NCBI RefSeq assembly: GCF_009914755.1
Contig: NC_060925.1
From: the human T2T-CHM13v2.0 reference genome, Homo sapiens
DNA length: 64,000 nucleotides
Direction: 5' to 3' (one strand)
Every line of letters starts with the position of its first letter. Positions within the stretch are counted from its first letter, which is position 1. The notes under the pieces were generated by a model that saw nothing but the letters and a program-made list of their open reading frames with translations, was not told where the DNA came from and did not search any database. Made by a program: the position numbers and the translations under genes. Of the stretch, positions 13,529 through 29,239 are shown one piece after another.

Positions 13529-13821
13529 TATAAGTAAGTCTATGGCATTTTCTGATGGCAGCCTGGGCCTACTAATACAGAAGACATACTGAAGTTTATC
13601 TGAAGTTGCAAAGGCAAGCTGGAATGCTGTGATACTGGAGCACAGTAAATGAGGACAGAATTGAAGGACTTGGGGTCAGAGATATAGAGTGGTAAGTAAA
13701 TTTAAAAACAAACAAAAAACCAAAAAGAAACAATCCATCCAGGCTTGCATTGAGCATCTTTAACCATTCCTCCCTCTCTTTGTCTACTAAGGAAGGATGA
13801 AAGAAAGTGCTTAATCACCAG

Positions 13822-13993
13822 CTCTTTGTCGTTGGAACTGAGAAGCTGCAGAATATAGTGGCTGCTGGAACTGCCTCCTCAAAGGCATGTTACCTAACAT
13901 GAGCCTTAGCTTCTGCTTCCTCATCTGTGAAATGGGGTTAATGATGATACTTTCCTTGTAGCACAGCTGTGTAGATTAAATGAGTAAACACAT
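13822..13993 (+). repeat. MIR-containing segment, copy 2 of a local duplication
   Basis: Aligns with 11762-11942 including non-core flank. Confidence 0.75.
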
Positions 13994-14578
13994 ATAAAGT
14001 TACAAGATAACACAACTCATATAACCTTCCCATTGCAATGTTAACACTTCCAGTTACAATCCACAGTTAGATATAAACAATGATGAGATATAAAGGATTA
14101 TCTGGGAAACTGTGAGATCTCAACTTTACTTGAAGATTCAGTTCAATCTGTTGCATTTTTAAACCTAGTAACAGACCATGAGGTATGCAGGACTTAAATA
14201 GAGCAGACTTTTGCTGTTTTATTATATTAAATATCAACCCTCCACTCCACTAACTCTTTGTTTTAAAAAAAGCCCTTTAGAATTCAGTTGTATCAAAAAA
14301 AAAAAAGGTGGGGCGGGGGGGCTGGAAATGGGGAAACTGGGAAAGCAGAATAAGGGGAATGGTCAAGCCAGTCATTTCTTCAAGACATATTAATCGAGCT
14401 CTTACTTCGTATAAGCCAGGCAACATGCTAGATTCTGGGGTAAATCAGATGTATTTGATCCCTACCAAGAAATGATTCAATCCATGCTTTGTTTTCTGTT
14501 CTTGCCCCTACCCCTTACTCCCTTCCCCCATCTGTTGTCAGGTGCCATTCTGCAGAGGTGCAATTAAGAGTGAGAGTT

Positions 14579-14796
14579 AGCCTGGCTAACATGGTGAAAC
14601 CTCGTCTCTACTAAAAATATAAAAATTAGCCAGGCGTGATGGCGTGCACCTGTAATCCCAGCTACTTGGGAGTCCAAGGCAGGAGAATTGTATGAGCCCA
14701 GGAGAGGAGGTTGCGGTGAGCTGAGATTGCACCACTGCTCTCTAGCTCGGGTGACAGAATGAGACCCTGTCTCAAAAAAAAAAAAAAAAAAAAAAA
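14579..14796 (+). mobile_element. 5'-truncated AluS
   Basis: Starts agcctggctaacatgg; long A tail. Confidence 0.9.
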
Positions 14797-14975
14797 GTGG
14801 GAGTGCATTGCAAAGAATACAACAAGTATCTAGGTTCTCAACTAATTCCAAGATGGTGGCCTTTGGGGACTTGTACTTCTAGTCAGCTACAATCTCTTCT
14901 TCCCACCCTTTTATTTTTTTCTCCCTCTTCTCCCTTTCCTTTGTATCCCACAAGTTAACATTAAAGGTCCCATTC

Positions 14976-15278
<303 letters not shown>

Positions 15279-15588
15279 TAAAGTTGCCATTCTTATGTAG
15301 CCTTCTAAGTGTCCTGATGTTTCCTGATTACAAAAGTAACACATGTTCATTGTTAAACAAAAGTAATGTATTGCAGAAATGCATGTCCTTTGAAAATATG
15401 TCACTCCACCCCTCAAAACTCCTCATTGACTTTTAACTCAAAGAGTAAAAGGCAGATGGCCTGTCGATTTGCACCCCACCTTACTTCTCTGACCCCATGT
15501 CCTCCAATTCTGTTGTTATTTACTGTGCTCCAGTATCGCAGCCTTCCAGCTGGCCTTTGCAACTTCAGGTAAACTTCGGCACAGTTTC

Positions 15589-15991
15589 TGTATTAGTAGG
15601 CCCTGGCTGCCATTACAAAATACCATAGACTGGATGGCTTAAACAACAGAAATTTATTTTCTCACAGTTGTAGAGGCTGGAAGTCCAAGATCAAGGTTAT
15701 GATCAATTTGGTTTCTGGTGAAGTCTCCCTTCCTGGCTTGCAACCAGCTGCCTACTTGCTATATCCCCAACATGGTCTTTTTTCCATGAGTGCATTGGGA
15801 AGACCAGGGACTTGGGAGAGCTCTGTAGTGTCTCTTCTCATAAGAACACTAACCCTATCAGATAACAGCCCGTCCTTATGACCTGATTTAATCTTTATTA
15901 TTTCCTTATAGGCCCCACCTCCAAATATAGCCACACAGGGTATTAGGGCTTCAAAATAAAAATTTGGGGAGAACACATTAAATCCACAACA
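15589..15991 (-). mobile_element. MaLR solo LTR (MLT1A/B-like)
   Basis: tgtattagt...ggcttaaacaacagaaatttattttctcacagtt...aaatccacaaca. Confidence 0.85.
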
Positions 15992-16300
15992 GCTTCCTTC
16001 TTCAAGTTGTTGCTTAAGTATCACCTTCCCAAAGAGGCTTTCTCTGGCCTTTCTTAAAAACACTGATTTATTATTTCTAACAATTCTGTGGGCCAGCTGG
16101 GTTCCTGGGGTCATCTAGGGAGGCTGCGGTCGTCTGACAGCTGGATTGGGACCCGAGGGTATAAGATTACCTCACTTGCATGGCTGCAGTCTTGGTGCTG
16201 ATGTTGACAGGGCCTTTCTTTTCATGGGTATCCCATTCTTCTATAGTCTAGTCTGGGATTCCTTACACAACAGCAACAATTTTCAAAAGTGGAAGCTTCA

Positions 16301-16865
<565 letters not shown>

Positions 16866-17049
16866 TGACTGGCAAGTTAGGAACAACAGAGCCCATTTTT
16901 GAGGGTGTGCGGACATAAGAAGGCATGATTTATGAGGGACCACTGTTGTAACAATCTGCCACACCATCCTATTTAAAATTGCAGCCTCACTCTTACTTTT
17001 TTCCCATAATTTTTTTCCTTGGCTAACTACAAACTCTATAAAAAGAGAG

Positions 17050-17380
17050 ATATTTATTTATTTTTGTTCCCAGATTTATCTCCAACACCTAGAATAGAAC
17101 CTGGCCTGTTGTAGGTGCTTAATAAACATCTGTTAAATAATTGAATGCATTAATTTGAAAATGCTTTCCAGAATGCATCATTCTAGATCTTATACCTTTC
17201 TGCATGTTTTTACTGTTAAAAAGCACTTTCCCATAAAAGATCTTGTCTTAATTTTTACAACAATCTTACTAGGCAGGCAGGGCAAATATCATTGATCCCA
17301 CTTTATAAATGAAAAAACTGAAGCCTAGACAGGGGAATTTGCTTAAGGTCACACAGCTGATATGAAGTGAGCTTGTGACT
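17050..17380. mobile_element. L2 3' end (+) and MIR (-) relics
   Basis: gtaggtgcttaataaacatctgttaaat (L2); cccactttataaatgaaaaaactgaagcct (MIR). Confidence 0.65.
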
Positions 17381-18029
17381 TCACATCCCAGGATTTCTAC
17401 CAGCCATCATGCAGCCCCAGGTGAAATGCCTTCTCACTCCATTCTATTTCCCTCCTCAGGGCTTTGTGCTTAGGAAGCTCTGTTAATCGTTTTTGTTGGC
17501 TGGCTAACTTTGTGCCATGGGGCCAAGAGGAAAAGAAAGCATTTTTTATTTTTCTGATATCTCTTCATGGAGGCCAAAACCTAAAGGTCTCAATGATCCA
17601 GAGTCATCAAGACACAAAAAGGCAAAGGTGTCAGGACCTTTCTTTATGGACCTTGTCCCTGGATTGTGTTGCACTGTTTGCATAAAGTTAAACTTTAAAT
17701 TTGCATATCTAACCTGTGGTTACCAAGTTGTTCTGGTCTGGATAATCCTTGGTTTCAGCCTGGAGCAAGCAGAGAACAATCTCCTCTCAAACTTTGTGCT
17801 GCTATTCCACCTTGAGAAGGTTTGGTTAACAAGTCAATCTTAATATTAAAGAAAAGTGATACCAGACTGGAGAAAATACTCAACACAGTACATTCCGAAT
17901 GTACTTTGATAATTTTGGAGGTGGTTAGAAGCTTTGGTCCCTTTAAAGAAAGCCCCTTGGGACAGCTTGCAGACTATAGCTAGAAGCAAGTTAGAGGTTA
18001 GAGAAGTCAGTTTCTTTCTTTAAAAAAAA

Positions 18030-18409
<380 letters not shown>

Positions 18410-18518
18410 TAATTGGTTACCAAATAGCATTCTAAATAAAAAAAAATTTTTTTAATTATTAGCATACATTTTACCACTTATCTGTATATTATACAATGTT
18501 CTTTTAAAATGCAAATAT

Positions 18519-18736
18519 GGCCAGGCAGGGTGGCTCACGCCTGTAATCCCAGCACTTTGGGAGGCTGAGGCGGGCGGATCACAAGGTTGGGAGTTCGAGA
18601 CCAGCCTGGCCAACATGGTGAGACCCCCCCATCTCTACTAAAAATACAAAAAAAATTAGCCGGGCATGATGGCAGGCGCCTGTAGTCCCAGCTACTTGGG
18701 AGGCTGAGGCAGGAGAATCGCTGGAACCTGGGAGGT
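18519..18736 (+). mobile_element. 3'-truncated AluS with no tail
   Basis: Intact 5' end; stops at gaacctgggagg(t) inside the right arm. Confidence 0.88.
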
Positions 18737-19956
18737 TCAAGTGAAGGTGAGAAAGAGAAATCAAGAATGTCAACTAGATTTATGTTTTGATCAACACATA
18801 CCAGGTGACACCATTTCCTGAGAGGTAAAACAGCAACAACAAAAATAACAACTTGTATTTCAGACAAATAGAAAATTATGAAGAATAACTTAACTTCTAA
18901 AACATTCATTTGTATGTATGCTGATGCAAATTTCATTTAGAATCTGACGTTAAAATGAAGAGAGAAGGGCAAATGCATCTAAGACTTTAGAATATTTTTG
19001 GTAATAATGTGTTAGGTAAGAAAAGAATATCTGGATAAGCGATGTAACTACTCTGGCAAATGATGTTTTACATTATAATGCAAGTTAAATAGACTATTTT
19101 GCCTATGCCTGGAATTTTCCAGTGGAGGTAGATGATTTCTTAGAACAGGGATGAGTGGAAAGTTAGGGTATTTCTGAAGACCCACTAGTGAAATAGCAGT
19201 GTTTCTCCCTCAGAGATTGTTCCCTTTTTGATTCCTATGACTAATTCTGTCATTTGCAGGAGTTTAAGAAAAAGTTACATTTTTTTTCCAGCTATGTCTC
19301 TAACACATTTTTCTGGCACTGTTTATAAGCTCAAATTTCCAGTTGAAAGGATGGTTAAGATTGAATTACTCTTCAAATTCCTTTTTCCTTTCACAGTTGT
19401 TTTTCCTTGACGAAGTCTCTTTGTCACTATCAAGGTTAAGTGAAGTCACTATTGAAGGAAAGAACAGAAGGAATTTGGAATGCTTTTCCATTAACTTCTG
19501 AACCACAGTGACTTATTCCTTGAGAATCTCCAGTAAGGCTTAGGGTCTTTCGGATAAGTCATTTTGGAGAAATGTTTTCTTCTTTTGCTGTTAGGTTGAC
19601 ATGGCAAAAGAAATAATATTATTTGTGTTAACCTTTGTCCTAGTATGTTATTGCTCAAAGCAAGGTTGTAGATACCATGAGAATTATGCCTAAATGATAC
19701 AAAATTGCATTTTCACCACCCAGTACTGCACATGGCAGATATTTGGTAGGCATTAGTTGAATTACAAATTCCAAGAATCTGCTAGAAATCGTAGATTGGT
19801 TCCTTTCATCTTGCAGATAGCGTGATGGAAGAAGAGGAGTTGAAAGCTTTTAGCTCCTAGGCAAAAAGTCACATGTTGTTTAGAAATCTCACTATTTCCT
19901 CTGAAATTGAAGGCATCATATTTTTAAGGACATTTTGTAGAGCAAGGCCCTGAATC

Positions 19957-20876
19957 TGAAACCACCTTTGCAGAGATTATGATAGCGAGACCAGTCTAGC
20001 ATGGCTGACTCCATCTTGCTTCTAGCCTCACAGCCTGGCTGTCTTTCCTCATTGCTGGGCATAGACCAAGCTAACCATGGGAGGAATTTAGTCATATAGT
20101 CATAGTTTACCTTTTTTTTTTTTTTTTTAACTAAATAGGGATGAGGTCTTGCTATGTTGACCAGGCTGGTCTCAAACTGCTGGTCTCAAGCCATACTCCC
20201 ATCTCGGCCTCCCAAAGTGCTTGAGATTACAGGCATGAGCCACCACTCCCAGCCTATAGTTTAACTTTAAAGCAAGATGATAATAGTCCTTTTCTAAAAG
20301 TAATCTCTTTATTAACAGACTGAAACCACCTTTGTAAGACTGAGAGACCACAAGATTAAGATTATGGGAGGGGCCTGAATTCTGCTAAACTACAGGCATA
20401 TTTTATATAATCCTTACTGCTCAGGAGTCATGTGGTCAGAGTCATGTGGTCACAAGATTTGTGACTTCCCCAGTTGCTCATGTAGATAACATCACTAATG
20501 TAGAACCTAAAATTGGTCTTTTGAGATACTTTTCAGATTTTTACATTCTGGCAACTGATTGACCTCACCCAGACCTGAGGCTCAGGCTTCAGCCAGTCCT
20601 GTGGCCCCACCCAGAGGCTGACTCAGTGCACGTAATTGTTTTCCACACCCCTGTGATTTCATTCCTAACCTATGAGCAGCACCCCTTCCCTTGCTCCCTA
20701 CCCACCAAATTATCCATAAAAACCCTGGCCTCTGAGTTGCTGGGGAGACTGATTTGAGTAATAACTTCAGTTCTGCTTGGCTGGCCTTGTGTTAATTAAA
20801 CTCTTTACTGCAATAATACTGTCTCAGTGAATTGCATTTACCTGTGCAGTGGGTAAGAACCTGTTAGGCAATTACA
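19957..20876 (+). mobile_element. LTR8A-type ERV1 solo LTR
   Basis: tgaaaccacctttgca...gactccatcttgcttctagcctcacag start, attaaa signal, ...gcaattaca end; 4-bp TSD aatc. Confidence 0.85.
20112..20254 (-). mobile_element. Alu left monomer with its own A tail, inserted in LTR8A
   Basis: Antisense left arm only; TSD ~atagttta. Confidence 0.8.
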
Positions 20877-20945
20877 AATCCATAAACATAGCCTTTATAA
20901 TTATCTTGCTAATTCTGTATGCAAACTTCTTTAAAATTTTTTAAA

Positions 20946-21284
20946 AATTATTTATTGTTTTTATTTTACTTTATTTTATTTTTATTTTAGAGAAAGACAG
21001 GATCTTGTTCTGTCACCCAAGCTGGAGTACAGTGGCATGATCATAGCTCACTGTAACCTTGAACTCCTGGACTCAAGCGATCCACCTGCCTTAGCCTCCT
21101 GAGGAGCTGGGACTACAGGTGTGTGCCACCACACCTAGCTAATTTCTTTCTTTCTGTCTTTTTTGGAAAAAACAGGGTCTCGCTATGTTGCATAGGCTGG
21201 TTTTGAACTCCTGGCTTCAAGCAATCCTCTCATCTCAGCCTCCCAAAGTGCTGGGTTTACAGGCATCTGAGCCACCCCACTCCA
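20946..21284 (-). mobile_element. AluJ
   Basis: Antisense dimer with (TTTTA)n tail. Confidence 0.88.
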
Positions 21285-21533
21285 GTTATATGTAAACTTT
21301 CAAGTTTCTATTTAGTTTGCTTGGCAGGATAAGGGAGATCCTCCCCACCCCCACTCCATCTAGGGAGAGCTTTTAGGATAAAAAAAACTCTGTGGTAGGA
21401 AGTAAACAAACATTCTCAACTGACAGACTTTTGAACTGAAAAGGGCCAGGAAGACAACAGAAACTCCTTTACCACAATAATATAATAGGGTGAAGTGAAG
21501 AACATATTAATATGCTGGGAAAAAAAAAAAAAA

Positions 21534-21666
21534 CCCAGGCATGGGGCTAGAGTACATGCCTGTCATCCCAGCTACTCAGGAGGCTGAGGCAGGAGAATCA
21601 CTTGAGCCCAGGAGTTGGAGGCCGTTCTGGGCAACATAGTGATATTTCAGCTCCAAAAATTTAAAA
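21534..21666 (+). mobile_element. Alu monomer (FLAM/FAM-like)
   Basis: Single diverged arm. Confidence 0.7.
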
Positions 21667-22416
21667 AGCCTGAAAAATACTTTGCTCCTGTGTTACTGAC
21701 CCCCATTGTCTTTGAAAGATGAGCAATACTGATTATGGGGAAATATTTGTCCTTAGGTATTTCAGGAGGAAATTGGCCTCAGCCATCAGCCCTCACTGCC
21801 CAAGGGGGAAAAGCATTTCAAGAAGTTCCACTACAGGGGTAGCCACATTCCTCCCACTTTAGAGTCAGCAGAAGGATAAGCCAAGGGAATCTGCCTTTAA
21901 CACTCAGCAGAAGCCCAAGGCATTCATCTTTGCACTTCATAAGAAGAGACAGCAGCAACTGGGACCACTTTCTCTTTTTGAGAATGGGACTGATTTCTGA
22001 GGCAAAGGGATGGGATCATTAGAAAAGGAATCTCAGAGGGAAGATCGAAGAGGAGGACAGCAGAAACCTGAGGAGACAGAGAGCAAGGTAACAGCCATTT
22101 GGGATATCTTGTAAAGGTCTAAATTGTGAGTCCTTGTCCCGTCTGCTCACCTCCTTTCCTCATATGGTCGTAGGGAGCAGGTTACTCAGAGAGGGTTATA
22201 ACTGTTGGTCCTCCTCTTCCGAATGATTTTGCAATGCTTATCTACATTTTTTTGGAAAAGATTAGTGTCCAGAGGGTGTTTGAGCTTGCGGAAATGGATG
22301 CATATGTGTTTGAGAAACAAATATCCTGATCAGTTGGTGGTCCCTAGCAGAGATGGGTCCGAGAGGGTTACAGGCCAGACTCCCCCCCATAACTAAGATA
22401 AGGAGGAGTTTACTGG

Positions 22417-23046
22417 TGTTGGGGCTCAAAACACAGTGCCCTAAAGTGTGGTGCTTTGGCATGCTGAGTACTTTGAACTGAAGGAGATTGCAAGGGCCTC
22501 AGAAGCAACATATTTCCGACCTTCTCCCACCCTCCTATCTCCAGACTCTCTTTCTCCCCTGAAGCAACTCATAAAACCAGAATAAGTCTTCCTCAAGATG
22601 GGTCATAGAAATTCTAACTCCTCTCCCCTGAAGCAGGCCATAAAACCTAGAAATGTCACTCTCTGACATTCTCCCCTCTTCCCTGAAGACCTTCATGTGA
22701 CAAGTGTCTTGTGCTATACCCAGAGCTACATAGGGGGCCAAGAAGAAGCAGAACAGACAGGCCTTGCTGCATTCCCCTCAGTTGATTACCATTATTGCAG
22801 CATACCCTTGTTGTCCAATCTCATTTCTACGTGACTGTCCATTTGTCAGCAAACCTAAGCATAAGAATACCCAGCTTTTCCTGGGTCTTTGGTTCTTCAT
22901 TTCTGAAGTCTCCCATGTCATTTAAAACTTTGTTAAATAAATTTGTCATGCTTTTCTCTTGCTAACTTGTCTTTTGTTATAGAAGTGTCTGCCATGACCA
23001 TTGTGATGAGTGACGAAGGAGTATCGTACCTGTTTGTCCCTCCACA
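22417..23046 (+). mobile_element. ERV1 solo LTR of the LTR29/MER34 group
   Basis: tgttggggctca...ggtgctttggcatgctgagtactttgaactgaaggagatt start; taaataaatttg signal; ends ...ccaca. Confidence 0.7.
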
Positions 23047-23294
23047 GGCTAGCAGATGACTCGCTAATCGTAGGAGACAAGCTATCTCCTTTGCCTTGAC
23101 TAAACCTTGAAAACTAGCAAAACTCATCCACATAGCAGAATAGGAAGGCATTCCTGACACACCTGGGTCACATGAGATTTAATTGTTTTTATTACAAGGC
23201 CTTTTGTGAGGTCTTGCAAGCAGTGGGGAAATTACCAACTGGACTACTATTTCTTTCACAAATGCTAATTAAATGCCTTTAGGTGGCAGACTCT

Positions 23295-23513
23295 TTTCTT
23301 TTTTTTTTTCTTCTTGAGACAGAGTCTCACTCTGTCGCCCAGGCTGTAGTACAGTGGCAAGATCTCTGCTCACTGCAAACTCTGCCTCCCGGGTTCAAGT
23401 GATTCTCCTGCCTCAGCCTCCTGAGTAGCTGGGATTACAGGCAGGTGCCACCATGCCCGGCTAATTTTTGTATTTTTGGTAGAGACGGGGTTTCACCACA
23501 CTGGTCAGGCTGG
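23295..23513 (-). mobile_element. 5'-truncated AluS
   Basis: Exact 15-bp TSD taggtggcagactct (23280-23294, 23514-23528). Confidence 0.92.
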
Positions 23514-23659
23514 TAGGTGGCAGACTCTATGTCAAGTTCTATGCAAATTAATTGTTTTTGGTCTCTGACCTTAAAGATCTCATAATCTACTGAGGAAGAC
23601 AACCATGAAGAGATAATTCAATTTAATTCAATTGGATTGAAGAAAAGACTGAGAAACAA

Positions 23660-24006
23660 AGACTGGTCAACATAGTGAGACCCCGTCTCTACAAAAACTA
23701 AAAAAAAAAAATGAGCCAGGCACAACAGTATGCACCTGTAGCCCCAGCTATTTGGTAAGCTGAGGCAGGAGGATTGCTTGAGCCCAGGAGTTTGAGACCA
23801 GCCTCAGCAACATAGTGAGACCCTGTCTCTACAAAAAATTTAGCCAGCTATGGTGGCATGCATCTGTAGTCCCAGCTACTCAGGAGACTGAGGCAGGAGG
23901 ATTGCTTGGGCCCAGGAGGTTGAGGCTGCAATCAGCATGATCAGGCCACTGTACTCCAGCCTGGGTGACAGAGTGAGACCTGTCTAAAGAAAAAAAAAAA
24001 AAAAAA
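23660..24006 (+). mobile_element. Three-arm AluJ-type chimera
   Basis: Partial left arm, a right/left hybrid arm, a right arm and an A tail. Confidence 0.75.
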
Positions 24007-24769
24007 GACAGAAATGAGATGAATTAGTCCACCTAAGAGATGATAGAGATCTGAACTGATGCAGTGGCAGGAAAGATTCAATGGGAGAGGGAGGCTGAGA
24101 GATATTTCTGAAGTAGATGCAAATGGATTTCATAGGTAATTGGATACTGCAGAATGGGGGGTTGCAGTGCGGGGTAAGAAGTTCTTGGGCTCCTGTTGGG
24201 TAATTCTGACCTCACTTATTTAAAATAATAATAATAAACTTGAAGTTTAAACATCGATATTGCCAAAGTGAAAGGAAACACCTGAGAAGGCAGTCTGACT
24301 TGCTTTTGTTGTGTACTGCTCCACATGATCATGTTTGATTCAACTGACAGTTAAAGGATTTTGAACCTGGGCCCTTCTTGTGGGTTCCAAGGCAAGCCAC
24401 AGCATGGCACTTACATCCGAGGGTGTCAAAGCTGTCCCTGGATGTCACACCCTAGGCTATCACAACCAAAGAGAAGACTCAGCACAGTTAGGGTGAGGCA
24501 AGGGTCAGGGAGAGACTGCAGCTGTGACACCAGGGCTTTGAGAATTCTGTGTCATGAATGAGGGTGTTGTTTTGCCTTTTTGGATGAGTACATGTGTGTT
24601 TTGGACAGTTTGTAGATTCTGGCAATTCTAGAAAGGGTGGGGCAGGGGACTTACCTCAGAAAAGGGAAGAGAACAAAGAGTAGGCAGAATAACTTGTCTA
24701 ACACTAACAGCAAATACACCATTTTCCTCCTGCAAAAATGAAACAGTCAAGATGAGGAAGACCTGATCA

Positions 24770-24920
24770 GTAGCACAGTGAAGCGATTGAAGAGTATGGG
24801 CTCCAGAGTGAGATTAGCTGAATTCATCCTTAGCCTTGAGATCCCGCACTGATTACCCAAGCTGTCTGAACTCTAACAAGAGCCTGAGACATAGTAAGTG
24901 GTTGGTAAATATTAGCTTAT
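24770..24920 (+). mobile_element. MIR relic
   Basis: gattgaagagtatgggctccagagt...catagtaagtggttggtaaatattagc. Confidence 0.6.
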
Positions 24921-25209
24921 ACTATTCTAAGTAATTTTGGGCAGGAAAGAGAAATCAGACAATTTTTCTAACCCTGAACGGGAAGCTGGGAAAAAAAAAT
25001 AGCTTTCAAAACAACACTGGAATAAAATTCCAAAAGCATAAGCAACTAAAGAAAAAAAATAGCTAAATTGGATATCTTCAAAATTAAAATCTTTGTGCTT
25101 CAAAGGATATCATTAAGAAAGTGAAAAGACAACGCACAAAATGAGAGAAAAATTGTGCAAATCATTATATCTAACAAGAGGCTTGTATCTAAAACATATA
25201 AAGAACTCT

Positions 25210-25567
25210 GGCCCGGCACAGTGGCTCACACCAGTAATCCCAGCACTTTGGGAGGCTGAGGCAGGGGGATTGCTTGAGCCCAGGACTTTGAGAAGAGCCT
25301 GTATTTGTATACTCTATCCTGTGATTGTATTGTATTGTATTGTATTCACATGGTGTGACCCCATCTCTATAAAAATTACAAAAATTAGCCAGGCATGGTA
25401 ATGTGCACCAGTAGTCCCAGCTACTCAGGAAGATGAGATGGGAGGATTTATTGAGCCTGGGAGGTCAAGGCTGCAGCATTCCAGCTTAAGTAACAGAGAG
25501 AGACCCTGTCCCAAAACAACAACAATAAAAAACAAAACAAAACAAAAAAACAGAAAAGAAAAAAAAA
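25210..25567 (+). mobile_element. AluJ with an internal (GTATT)n insertion
   Basis: Alu arms with ~45 nt of foreign sequence at 25302-25347. Confidence 0.8.
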
Positions 25568-25780
25568 GAACTCTTATGATTCAATTATAAAAATATACAT
25601 AACCCAATTTTAAAGTAGGCAAAGGACCTGAACAAACATTTCTCCAAAGAAGATATATAAATGACCAATAAACACATGAAAAGACGCTCAACATCTTTAG
25701 TCACCACAGAAATGCAAATCAAAATCTTCACACACACTAGGATAACTATGATCAAAACAACAAATAATAAAAGGTGTTGG

Positions 25781-26180
<400 letters not shown>

Positions 26181-26454
26181 TTACCATATGACCCAGAAAT
26201 TCTACTTCTATGTATATACCTAAGAGAAAGGAAAGCATATGTTCACACAAACATTGTACATGAATTTCATAGCTGCATTATACATAACAGCCAAAAAGAA
26301 GAAACAACCCAAATGTTCATCGACTGATGAACAGATCAACAAATTGTGGGATAGCCATACGGTGAAATATCATTTGGCGGTAAAAATAAATGAAGCACTG
26401 ATATGTGCTGCAACGTGGGTGAACCTCAAACACTTTATACTTAGTGAAAGAAGC

Positions 26455-27292
26455 TGATAGGGACAGGAAAAAACAAAGTGTTTTTCCTACTTTCACACAC
26501 CACTCGACAGGAACTTCTGACACCAGATATGTAGGGGGGTTCTCCACACACCACACAGTTCTTTTGCAGATACTAACTGGGTGTCCTACAATTTAACTCC
26601 ACCCTGACACTACTTACCTGGACTTAGCATCAGATCCCACAGGTCGAGGGCTCATTCCCACAAGACTGCCCCCCACTTCTGATACCAATTGCAATTTCTA
26701 ACTGCAATTGGCTATAAATTAGGGTTCCCATGATCTCCTTCTTGGGTTTAATTTGCTAGACTGGTTCACAGAACTCAGGGAAACACCTGAAACATTTACC
26801 CATTTATTAAAAGGATATTACAAAAGATACAGATTGACAGAAAGATGGAAGAGATACATAGGGCAAGGTATCGGGGAGGGAATGCAGATCTTCCATACCC
26901 TCTCTGGATGTGCCACCCCCCAGGTACCTCCACATGTTCAGCAATCCAGTTTTCGGGGACTTTTATGGAGGCCTCATTATGTAGGCATGATCGATTACAT
27001 CACTGGCCATTTGTGATCAACTTAACCTTCAGCCCCTCTCCCTTCCTGAGAGGTTGGGGGGTTTGAAAGCTCACACCTTCTAATGATATGGTTGGGTTGG
27101 TTTCCTTGGCAACTAGCCCCACACACCCCTACAATCCTGAGGCTATCTAGGAGATTCCAACCACTAGTCATCTCATTAGCATACAAAAGCTACTCTCTTC
27201 TCTCCAGAGACTCCCAGGGTTTCAGGAGCTGTAGTGCCAGGAACCAAGGACAGAGACCAAATATATGTTTCTTACTGTGTTACAATATTATA
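26455..27292 (-). mobile_element. MER21-family solo LTR inserted in L1M
   Basis: MER21 motifs (cagatcccacaggt.gagggctca, ctcattagcatacaaaa); L1 text resumes across it; TSD gaagc/gaaac. Confidence 0.8.
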
Positions 27293-27684
27293 GAAACCAA
27301 ACACAAAAGACCACCTTTTATGTAATTATATGAAATGTCCAGAGTAGACAAATACACAGAGACAGAAAGTAGACTAGTGGCTGCCGGGGACTGGCGGCAT
27401 TGAAGAGGAATGAGGAGCAAATAAGAATGAGTATGGAGTTTCTTTGCAGAGTAATGAAAATATTATAAAATATAATAATGAGTATGGAGTCTCTTAGGGT
27501 AATGAAAATATTCTAAAATTGATTGTTACGATGGTTGCATAACTGTGAATACACTAAAATCTATTGATTTGTACATTGTAAATGGGTAAACTTTATTTTA
27601 ATACAATTACAGGATAGAGTATACAAATACAGTGATTTGTACACTGTAATGGGTGAACTATATCTCAATACCTCAATAAAGCTA

Positions 27685-29089
<1,405 letters not shown>

Positions 29090-29239
29090 AAGAATGTAGA
29101 GTAATTTTCCTGGTTAAGATATATCATATGGTCAGTATGTTTCAGATTAATGAATCAACATGAAATGAAAAAATGTCTAGTGGGTATGCCAAGGATTTCC
29201 ATTCATGGTCTTGGACGTTCTACCTTTTAATTAATGTCC

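Noticed and set aside
17887-17905. Palindrome AGTACATTC-C-GAATGTACT resembling a steroid response element
   Set aside because: Half-site spacing is 7, not 3; short palindromes arise by chance
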